Origin: Dehalococcoidia bacterium
Lineage (GTDB): Bacteria; Chloroflexota; Dehalococcoidia; Lucifugimonadales; CAJWER01
DNA: 64,000 nucleotides
Reading direction: 5' to 3'
NCBI GenBank assembly: GCA_965261325.1
Contig: CBDHCU010000001.1
Span: 357,620 to 421,619 of the forward strand
The notes below the pieces were generated by a model. The model made no database searches. It was not told where the DNA came from and worked only from the letters and a program-made list of their open reading frames with translations. A program made the position numbers and the translations under genes. Positions 8,901-20,900 of this stretch are shown one piece after another (position 1 is the stretch's first letter; every line of letters starts with the position of its first letter).

Positions 8901-11900
8901 GAGGCCAAGTCCAGCTACACGGTCACCGTAACGGCGACCGACCCCGACAACGCCGCCGACACCATCGCCGTCACCATCAACCTGACCGACGCCAACGACG
9001 CGCCGACGTTCACGGAGGGGGACACCGCCACCCGCAGCCTGGCCGAGAACAGCGGGGCCAACGTCAACGTGGGCGCGCCCCTGTCGGCGACGGACCAGGA
9101 CAGGAACCCGGCGGACACCCTGACCTACTCCCTCTCCGGCGCGGACGCCGGCTCCTTCGACATCGACGACGGGACGGGCCAACTGCAAACCAAATCCGGG
9201 GTGAGCTACGACCTGGAGACCAAGGCGTCCTATTCGGTCACCGTAACGGCGACCGACCCCGACAACGCCTCGGACTCCATCGCGGTGACGGTGAACCTGA
9301 CGGACGTAAACGATGCGCCCGTGTTCACGGATGGCGACTCCACAACCCGCAGCGTCCCCGAGAACAGCGGGGCCAACGTCAACGTGGGCGACCCCATAGC
9401 GGCGACGGACCAGGACGGGGACACGCTGACCTACACGCTGGGCGGCACGGACGCGGCCTCCTTCGAGATTGACGGTTCCACAGGCCAGCTTAAAACCAAG
9501 TCCGGCGTGAGCTACGACCTGGAGACCAAGGCCAGCTACACGGTGACGGTGGGGGTGAGCGACGGAACGGACGCCGACTCCATCGCCGTAACCATCAACC
9601 TGACCGACGCCAACGACGCGCCCGTGTTCACGGAGGGGGAGAGTGCCACCCGCAGCGTCCCGGAGAACAGCGGGGCCGCCGTCAACGTGGGCACTCCTCT
9701 GGCGGCGACGGACCAGGACGGGGACACGCTGACCTACACGCTCTCCGGTGCCGACGCCGGTTCCTTTGAGATAGTGGAGAGCAGCGGGCAGCTGACCACC
9801 AAGCAGGGCGTGAGCTACGACCTGGAGGCGAGGGCGTCCTACTCGGTCACCGTAACGGCGGCCGACCCGGACAACGCCGCCGACACCATCGCGGTGACGG
9901 TGAACCTGACGGACGTAAACGATGCGCCCGTGTTCACGGATGGCGACTCCACAACCCGCAGCGTCCCGGAGAACAGCGGGGCCAACGTCAACGTAGGCGC
10001 TCCCCTGGCGGCGACGGACCAGGACACGAACCCGGCAGACACGCTGACCTACACGCTGGGCGGCACCGACGCCGGGTCCTTCGAGATAGTGGAGAGCAGC
10101 GGCCAGCTTCAAACCAAGTCCGGGGTGAGCTACGACCTGGAGACCAAGGCCAGCTACTCGGTGACGGTGGGGGTCAGCGACGGAACGGCTGCCGACTCAA
10201 TAGCGGTGACGGTGAACCTCACCAACGTCAACGACGCGCCGACGTTCACGGAGGGCGACTCCACCACCCGCAGCCTGCCAGAGAACAGCGGGGCCAACGT
10301 CAACGTGGGCGACCCCATAGCGGCGACGGACCAGGACGGGAACACGCTGACCTACACGCTGGGCGGCACGGACGCGGCCTCCTTCGAGATCGACGGGGGA
10401 ACGGGGCAACTGACCACCAAACAGGGCGTGTCCTACGACCTGGAGACCAAGGCCAGCTACTCAGTGACGGTGACGGCCGCCGACCCGGACAACGCCGCCG
10501 ACTCCATCGCGGTTACCGTGAACCTGACGGACGTAAATGACGCGCCGACGTTCACGGAGGGGGAGAACGCCACCCGCAGCGTCCCTGAAAACAGCGGGGC
10601 CAACGTCAACGTGGGCGCTCCCCTGGCGGCGACAGACCAGGACAACGACACGCTGGCCTACACGCTGGGCGGCACGGACGCCGGTTCCTTCGAGATCAAC
10701 GATGAGACGGGACAACTGACCACCAGGTCCGGGGTGAGCTACGACCTGGAGGCTAAAGCCAGCTACACGGTGACGGTGGGGGTGAGCGACGGAACCGCCG
10801 CCGACTCCATCGCGGTCACCATAAACCTGACCGACGTAAACGACGCGCCGACGTTCACGGAGGGCGCCTCCGCCACCCGCAGCCTGCCGGAGAACAGCGG
10901 GGCCAACGTCAACGTGGGCGACCCCATAGCGGCGACGGACCAGGACAACGACACCCTGACCTACACGCTGGGCGGCACGGACGCCGAGTCATTCGAGATC
11001 AATGCTTCCACCGGCCAGCTGACCACGAAGCAAGGGGCCTCCTCCTACGACTACGAGACCAAGGCGTCCTACTCGGTGACCGTAACGGCCACCGACCCCG
11101 ACAACGCCGCCGACACCATCGCGGTGACGGTGAACCTGACCGACGTAAACGAACTACCGGACCCGCCAACCAACTTGAGGGCACGACCCACTGCCAACGC
11201 AGGAGAAGTATTACTCGAATGGACTCCTCCAGCAGATAACACCGGCCGGCCGCCAATTACTAAATACGAAGTATGGAACAAGCTAGAGGGAGTAGCCGAC
11301 TGGTCCGACCAGAAAGCCTTTACAACAGCCGATCCCCCGCTATCGACCCTGACCATCACCAATCTGAAGACCGGCCAGAAGTATGACTTCCGAGTCAGGA
11401 CCGTCAACCACGAGGGTGTAAGCGAGTGGGCCGAATCAACTGCTTCCGGATACCCCAGGAAACCAGTCGTAACCATAACGAATAAACCCGGAAACGACAG
11501 CTCAATAACCGAGGGCGATGAAATAGGTTTCCGAATCACTGCCGACCCGTACAACAACGTGCCACTCGTAGTGAAGATAAAGGTCGAGACCACCGGAGAA
11601 TACGGGATAACCGGTAGGAACCAGGACGACCCATTGACAATAACAATTCCCGAGACCGGGCTGAACCAACCAGCGCCGCTTCCACACGATTCCGGCACGA
11701 TCAGCACCGACAACGACGAGATTGACGAGGAAAACGGCTCCGTCACCTACACCATCATCGCCGCAGAGGCCTACGACGTGGGCGAACCCAAATCCTTGAC
11801 AATTGCGATTGAGGATAACGACGAACGCAAAATAGAGGTAGGAGCCATATCAGGCACAATACCTGAGAACGGAGGAACTGCAACCTACAGCGTCATATTG

Positions 11901-14900
11901 ACCAGCGAACCCACGGGCAACGTGACCGTCACGCCGTCGAGCAACGACCAGAGCATCGCCACGGTCTCAGGCACACTGACCTTTGAACCAGAGAATTGGA
12001 ACACGGAGCAGTACGTCACGGTCACCGGAGTCAATGACGACATCGACAACGAAGGCGACAGCCGCACCGCCATCATCACGCATACCGTTGCCGGAGGCGA
12101 CTACGACAGCGTAACGGCTGAAAACGTGACCGTAACGGTAACGGACGACGACACCAAGGGAATCACGTTTGAACCAACCGCGGTGACCGTCGGCGAAGCC
12201 ATCGGCACGACGTCATACACCGTCGTTCTGGACAGCGAGCCAACCGCCGACGTGACCGTCACGCTGGCGATTGCCGAGGTTGAAGGCACGGACGCGGTAA
12301 CACTCGCGACGGTTGGAACGCTGGCCTTCACGAACACCACCTGGGACATGCCCCAAACCGTCGAACTGACGATAACGGACGACAGCTTCGACAACACTCC
12401 CAACGACCGTCGCACCGCCACCATCACCCACACCGCGGACGGCGGCGACTACGGAAGCGTCAGCGCGACCCTAACCATCACCGTAACCGACGACGACGGC
12501 CCGAACGCCGCGCCCTCGTTTGATGGAACTGACACCACGCGCGACCTGCCCGAGAGCATCGGAGCAGCCACGGACACGGGCGGGACGCCCATCGGCGACC
12601 CCGTAACCGCCGTGGACGCGGACGATGCCACGCTGACCTACTCCCTCTCCGGAACAGACGTCGACTTCTTCGAGATCGACACTGCGACAGGGCAGCTCAA
12701 GACCAAAGCCGGCGTGACCTACGACCACGAGGACAAGCCCGGATACACGGTCACCGTGTCGGTACACGACGGCAAGGCCGCCGACGGCCGCCCGGACGCG
12801 AGCATCGACGAGAGCATCACCGTAACTATCAACATCACGGACGAGAACGAACCACCCAACCGACCGCCTGCCCCCACGATAGAAACGACAGGCAACAGAG
12901 ACTCCCTGCGGGTAACTCCCAACGCGCCGGACAATACCGGACGCCCGGACATCGACGAATACGACCTACAGTACCGGCCCAAAGACTCAGGCGAGACTTT
13001 CACTCTGGAAAGCAACATAGGTGGACAAGGCACCCTGGAACAACTGCTGCTCAACACCGAGTACGAGGTGCAGGTGAGAGCAAGAAACGACGAAGGCGCC
13101 GGAGACTGGAGCGAGTCCGCAACCCAGCGCACCGGAACGGCAACCGCAACCATCATTGCGACGCCCACGACCATCAACGAGAGCGGCGCCACAAGCCGGA
13201 GCGCCATCACCGCAAGACTGGACGGACAGCTGACCCAGGACCTCACCCTGACGGTCTCCGCCACACCGGAGGCTCCGGCGGAAGCCAGCGACTTCACGCT
13301 GAGCGAGAACGTGACCCTGACCATCGCCGCCGGCCAAATGGAAAGCAGCGGAACCGTCACGGTCACAGCTCAGGACAACCAAGTCGACAACGACGACCGG
13401 ACCGTGAACGTCGGCGCAACCAGCGCAACGGCAAACCTGACGATTAACGGCGCTGCCATCACCATCCAGGACGACGACACCAGAGGCATAACCGCCACTC
13501 CAGACAGCAACGTAACCACCGAGGCCGGCGGGACCGTGACGGTCGGGGTGAAACTGAATTCCCAGCCAACGGCGGCCGTGACCATAAGTGCGCAAAGCAG
13601 CAACACGGACGAGGGAACGGTGAGCCCGGTGGGGCTGACCTTCACCACCGGCAACTGGAACACCGCCCAGGACGTGACCGTAACTGGTCAGGACGACAGC
13701 GTGGACGACGGCGATACAGGCTACGCCATAACGTTCACCGCCGCCAGCCCCGATCCCCGATACGAGGGGCAACGAGCAAGCGTAGAACTGACCAACACTG
13801 ACGACGACACCCGAAGCGTGGAAATAACGACCACATCCACCACAGACCCGCCTACCCTGCGGGTCAGCGAGGTGGCCCCTGGAAACACCGCCAGCTACAC
13901 CGTAGTCCTGACCAGCCAGCCCAGCGACGGGAACGTCACCGTCACCCCGGTCAGCAGCGCCCCCGGCAACGCCACGGTGAGCGCACCGCTGATATTCACC
14001 CCCCAGAACTGGAACACCGCCCAGCCAGTGACCATCACCGCAGTCGACGACCTGATAGACAACGAGGCCGACCGGACCGCCACCATCACCCACGAGGTGG
14101 CGGGGGCCGACTACGGACGCCACAACGTGGTCGCAGGATCCATCGAGGTGACCGTAACCGACAACGACGAAGAAGGAGTTACCGTCAGCCGGACGGAACT
14201 GACGGTCGGAGAAACCGGCGATGGCTCCTACACCATCGTGCTGAACTCACAGCCTACGGGGACTGTGACCGTGACGCCAGCGGCGGGCGGAGATCACCCG
14301 GACGCAATCGCAATAACGCCACCGGCGCTGACCTTCACCACGGAGAACTGGAACAACGCCCAAACCGTGACCGTAACCGGCCAGCGCGACCATGTGGACA
14401 ACGAGGCTGACCGTACCGCCAGCATCAGCCATTCCGCCGGCGGAGACTATGCGGGAGTCACCATCACAGGCGTGGAAGTGACCATAACGGACAGCGACAC
14501 GGCCGGTGTCACGCTGGACCAGAAACACACGTCGGTCACCGAGGGACAGCAGAGCGGCGACAACCCTGTGTCGTACACCGTCGTACTGGACTCCAAGCCC
14601 AGAGCGGGGCACGTCGTGAAGATAAACATCACTGTCGCCGGACCTGCCGACACAGATCCAAGCAGCCTGACCTTCACCCGGGAGAACTGGAACGTACCCC
14701 AGTCCATCAGGGTAACGGCCCACGACGACGGCGTGGTATCAGAACCCCGGACCGCGGTGGTATCCCACCAGATAGTGGACGCCGAGTCCAGCCCGGAATA
14801 CGGCACGGTAGCAGTGGATGACGTGAGCTTCGACATAGTGGAGGACGACCACGCGCCCGTATTCGGCGACGGAGAATCCGCCGCCCGCGAAGTCCCCGAG

Positions 14901-17900
14901 AACAGCGGACCCGATGTGAACGTAGGCGCAGCAGTAGAAGCTACTGACGGAGACAGCGATACCCTGACGTACACGCTGACTGGCACGGACAGCGTGTTTT
15001 TCGGAATACACGAGGGTACCGGCCAGATCACCACGCAGGAAACAAGCTACGACTTCGAGACCAAACCGCAGTATGCCATTACTGTCACGGCCAGCGACAC
15101 ACACGGCAACACCGACTCCATCGCGGTGACCATCAACCTGACGGACGTGAACGACGCACCGGTGTTCACGGAGGGCGACACCGCCACCCGCAGCCTGCCG
15201 GAGAACAGCGGGGCCAACGTCAACGTAGGCGCTCCGGTATCGGCAACGGACCAAGACAGGAACCCGGCAGACACGCTGACCTACACGCTGGGCGGCACGG
15301 ACGCCGGGTCCTTCGAGATCGACGATGGGACGGGCCAACTGACCACCAAGTCCGGGGTGAGCTACGACCTGGAGGCCAAGGCCAGCTACTCGGTCACCGT
15401 AACGGCGACCGACCCCGACAACGCCTCGGACTCCATCGCGGTGACGGTGAACCTGACGGACGTAAACGATGCGCCCGTGTTCACGGATGGCGACTCCACA
15501 ACCCGCAGCGTCCCGGAGAACAGCGGGGCCGACGTCAACGTGGGCCTGCCCCTGTCGGCGACGGATCAGGACGGGAACACGCTGACCTACACGCTGACGG
15601 GCGACGACGCCGGGTCGTTCGAGATAGTGGCGAGCAGCGGGCAGCTGACCACGAAGTCCGGGGTGAGCTACGACCTGGAGACCAAGGCCAGCTACTCGGT
15701 CACCGTAACGGCCACCGACGGAACCGCCACCGACACCATCGCCGTCACCATCAACCTGACCGACGCCAACGACGCGCCCGTGTTCAGCGACGGCGACTCC
15801 ACAACCCGCAGCCTGCCGGAGAACAGCGGGGCCAACGTCAACGTGGGCAACCCTCTGACTGCCATGGACCAGGACGGGGACACGCTGACCTATACGCTGA
15901 CGGGCACGGACGCCGGCTCCTTCGACATCAATGCTTCCTCCGGCCAGCTGACCACCAAGTCCGGGGTGAGCTACGACCTGGAGACCAAGGCCAGCTACTC
16001 GGTGACGGTAACGGCGACCGACCCCGACAACGCCGCCGACACCATCGCCGTCACCATAAACCTGACGGACGTGAACGACGCGCCCACCTTCAGCGAGGGC
16101 GACTCCGCCACCCGCACCGTCCCTGAGAACAGCGGGGCCAACGTGAACGTGGGCGCGCCCCTGACCGCCACGGACCAGGACGGGAACACGCTGACCTACA
16201 CGCTCTCCGGCACAGACGCCGGCTCCTTCGAGATAGTGGCGAGCAGCGGCCAGTTGACCACCAAGTCAGGGGTGAGCTACGACCTGGAGACCAAGGCCAG
16301 CTACTCGGTGACGGTGGGGGTCAGCGACGGAACGGCTGCCGACTCAATAGCGGTGACGGTGAACCTCACCAACGTCAACGACGCGCCGACGTTCACGGAG
16401 GGCGACTCCACCACCCGCAGCCTGCCAGAGAACAGCGGGTCCAACGTTAACGTGGGCGCGCCCCTGACCGCCACGGACCAGGACGGCGACACCCTGACCT
16501 ACACGCTCTCCGGCACAGACGCAGGTTCCTTCGAGATAGTGGAGAGCAGCGGCCAACTTAAAACCAAGTCCGGCGTGAACTACGACCTGGAGGCCAAGGC
16601 GTCCTACTCGGTCACCGTGGGAGTGAGCGACGGAACGGCCGCCGACACCATCGCCGTCACCATCAACCTGACCGACGCCAACGACGCGCCCACCTTCAGC
16701 GAGGGCGACTCCACAACCCGCAGCCTGCCGGAGAACAGCGGGGCCAACGTCAACGTGGGCGCTCCGGTGTCGGCCACGGACCAGGACAGGAACCCGGCGG
16801 ACACCCTGACCTACTCCCTCTCCGGCGCGGACGCAGGCTCCTTCGACATCGACGACGGGACGGGCCAACTGCAAACCAAGTCCGGGGTGAGCTACGACCT
16901 GGAGGCGAAGGCGTCCTACACGGTGACCGTAACGGCGACCGACCCCGACAACGCCGCCGACACCATCGCGGTGACGATCAACCTGACGGATGTAAACGAC
17001 GCGCCCGTGTTCGGCGAGGGAGACACCGCCACCCGCGGCGTCCCCGAGAACAGCGGGGCCAACGTGAACGTGGGTCTGCCCCTGACGGCGACGGACCAGG
17101 ACCGGGACGAGGACGGTAACCCGGACACGCTGACCTACACTCTGGGCGGGACGGACGCCGGGTCGTTCGAAATAGTGGAGAGCAGCGGGCAGCTGACCAC
17201 CAAGCAGGGCGTGAGCTACGACCTGGAGACAAAGGCGTCCTACTCGGTGACGGTAACGGCGACCGACCCTGACAACGCCGCCGACACCATCGCGGTGACG
17301 GTGAACCTGACCGACGTAAACGACGCGCCGACGTTCAGCGAGGGCGACAGCGCGACGCGCAGCCTGGCGGAGAACAGCGGGGCCAACGTCAACGTAGGTA
17401 GCCCCGTGACGGCCACGGACCAGGACAGGAACCCGGCGGACACCCTGACCTACTCCCTCTCCGGCGCGGACGCCGGCTCCTTCGACATCGACGACGGGAC
17501 GGGCCAACTGACCACCAAGTCCGGGGTGAGCTACGACCTGGAGGCCAAGGCCAGCTACTCGGTGACGGTAACGGCGACCGACCCCGACAACGCCGCCGAC
17601 ACCATCGCGGTGACGGTGAACCTGACGGACGCCAACGACGCGCCGACGTTCGACGAGGGCGACCCCACAACCCGCAGCCTGCCTGAGAACAGCGGGGCCA
17701 ACGTCAACGTGGGCGACCCCGTGGCGGCGACGGACCAGGACGGGGACACGCTGACCTACACGCTGACGGGCACGGACGCGACATCCTTCGAGATAGACGA
17801 GGGGACGGGACAGCTGACCACGAAGCAAGGGGCCTCCTACGACTACGAGACCAAGGCGTCCTACACGGTGACCGTGGGGGTCAGCGACGGAACGGCCGCC

Positions 17901-20900
17901 GACTCCATCGCCGTCACCATAAACCTGGCCGATGTAAACGACGCACCTGTGTTCAGCGAGGGTGACTCCACAACCCGCAGCCTGGCGGAGAACACGGCGG
18001 CGGGCCAGAACGTGGGCGCTCCGGTGTCGGCGACGGACCAGGACACGAACCCGGCAGACACCCTCACCTATACGCTGACGGGCACGGACGCCGGCTCCTT
18101 CGACATCAATGCTTCCTCCGGCCAGCTGACCACCAAGTCCGGGGTGAGCTACGACCTGGAGACCAAGGCCAGCTACTCGGTGACGGTAACGGCGACCGAC
18201 CCCGACAACGCCGCCGACACCATCGCGGTGACGGTGAACCTAACCGACGCCAACGACGCGCCCGTGTTCAGCGACGGTGACTCCACAACCCGCAGCCTCG
18301 CCGAGAACAGCGGGGCCAACGTCAACGTGGGCCTGCCCCTGTCGGCGACGGACCAGGACGGCGACACCCTGACCTACACGCTGGGCGGCACCGACGCCGG
18401 GTCGTTCGAGATAGTGGCGAGCAGCGGGCAGTTGACCACCAAGTCCGGGGTGAGCTACGACCTGGAGGCCAAGGCGTCCTACTCGGTCACCGTGGGAGTG
18501 AGCGACGGAACGGCCACCGACACCATCGCCGTCACCATCAACCTGACCGACGCCAACGACGCGCCGACGTTCAGCGACGGCGACTCCACCACCCGCAGCC
18601 TGCCGGAGAACACGGCGGCGGGAGAGAACGTCGGCCTGCCCCTGTCGGCGACGGACCAGGACGGGAACACGCTGACCTACACTCTGGGCGGGACGGACGC
18701 CGGGTCCTTCGAGATAGTGGCGAGCAGCGGGCAGCTGACCACCAAGCAGGGCGTGAGCTACGACCTGGAGACCAAGGCGTCCTACTCGGTCACCGTAACG
18801 GCGGCCGACCCCGACAACGCCGCCGACACCATCGCCGTCACCGTCAACCTGACCGACGCCAACGACGCGCCCGTGTTCAGCGAGGGAGACACCGCGACGC
18901 GCACCCTGCTGGAGAACAGCGGGGCCAACGTGAACGTGGGCGCTCCGGTGTCGGCCACGGACCAGGACAGGAACCCGGCGGACACCCTGACCTACTCCCT
19001 CTCCGGCGCGGACGCCGGCTCCTTCGACATCGACGACGGGACGGGCCAACTGCAAACCAAGTCCGGGGTGAGCTACGACCTGGAGGCCAAGGCGTCCTAC
19101 ACGGTGACCGTAACGGCGACCGACCCCGACAGCGCCGCCGACACCATCGCGGTGACGGTGAACCTGACCGACGCCAACGACGCGCCCGTGTTCAGCGATG
19201 GCGACTCCGCCACCCGCACCGTCCCTGAGAACAGCGGGTCCAACGTTAACGTGGGCGCGCCCCTGACCGCCACGGACCAGGACGGCGACACCCTGACCTA
19301 CACGCTCTCCGGCACAGACGCAGGTTCCTTCGAGATAGTGGAGAGCAGCGGGCAGCTGCAGACCAAGTCCGGGGTGAGCTACGACCTGGAAACCAAGGCT
19401 AGCTACACGGTGACGGTAGGGGTGAGCGACGGAACGGCCGCCGACTCCATCGCCGTCACCATCAATCTGACGGACGTAAACGACGCGCCCGTGTTCAGCG
19501 ACGGCGACTCCACAACCCGCAGCCTGGCGGAGAACACGGCTGCGGGCCAGAACGTGGGCGCTCCGGTGTCGGCGACGGACCAGGACACGAACCCGGCAGA
19601 CACGCTGACCTACACGCTGACGGGCACGGACGCCGGCTCCTTCGACATCAATGCTTCCTCCGGCCAGCTGACCACCAAGTCCGGGGTGAGCTACGACCTG
19701 GAGACCAAGGCCAGCTACGCGGTGACGGTAGAGGTGACCGACCCTGACAACGCCGCCGACACCATCGCCGTCACCATCAACCTGACCGACGCCAACGACG
19801 CGCCCGTGTTCAGCGACGGGGACGGCGCCACCCGCACCGTCCCTGAGAACAGCGGGGCCAACGTCAACGTGGGCGCGCCCCTGACCGCCACGGACCAGGA
19901 CGGGGACACGCTGACCTACACGCTGGGCGGCACGGACGCCGGCTCCTTCGAGATCGACGGCCCCACCGGCCAGTTGACCACCAAGTCCGGTGTCAGCTAC
20001 GACCTGGAGACCAAGGCCAGCTACTCGGTGACGGTAACGGCGAGCGACCCGGACAACGCCGCCGACACCATCGCCGTCACCATAAACCTGACGGACGCCA
20101 ACGACGCGCCCGTGTTCAGCGAGGGCGAAAGAGCCACGCGCCGCATGGTAGAGAACACGCCGGCAGGCCGGAACGTGGGCGCGCCTGTAACAGCGACAGA
20201 CCAGGATGGAGACACACTGACCTACACGCTGGGCGGCACGGACGCCGGCTCCTTCGAGATCGACGGCCCCACCGGCCAGTTGACCACCAAGTCCGGTGTC
20301 AGCTACGACCTGGAGACCAAGGCCAGCTACTCGGTGACGGTAACGGCGAGCGACCCGGACAACGCCGCCGACACCATCGCGGTGACGGTGAACCTGACCG
20401 ACACCAACGACTGCATCCCCTCCGCCAACATCCCGGCCGACGACACCGTTCCCACAATTAAGCAGTTTCCGGACACCTCCCCCGATATGCGGGAATTCCC
20501 CAATCTCCGGGTCAGTGGAAACCTGGAGTTCAGGCTGGAGTTCCCGGCCGCCGTCAACGGCAACGGAGGGCCTTATTACTACGACCTTCGGAGGGCGGGC
20601 GCCGGGGATAGTCTCAGCAACAACTCAACCGCCCTGCCCGGCGTTTCCTTCGACCCCTACGGGCACGTCCTGCGCGGGTGGCTGACCACGCACCAGGGGA
20701 TGTCCCCGGCAATCCACCAGCTGGAGTACGTCATTCACGATGGCGACGGGAACTGCTCACCTGAGGACAGCGCCGTGATCCCATTGACCCTCACGGCGTC
20801 GGAGGAGTGGCCGCACATCTTCATCGATCCCAAATACCCCTGGGTCGCCGAGGGTGAAGATGCCGTGTTCGTCGTGAGGGGCACATACGCGTACAACGTC

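Noticed and set aside
7410-20410. Diversity-generating retroelement acting on the variable positions of the cadherin repeats
   Set aside because: There is no reverse transcriptase, template repeat or adenine-specific substitution pattern in the window. The variation is better explained by duplication and gene conversion.
7997-20563. Regular ~305-bp periodic repeats that could be mistaken for a CRISPR-like or satellite array
   Set aside because: The period equals one cadherin domain inside a continuous ORF. There are no short direct repeats with unique spacers and no cas genes. The 18-bp PT repeat at 29381-29560 is likewise coding.
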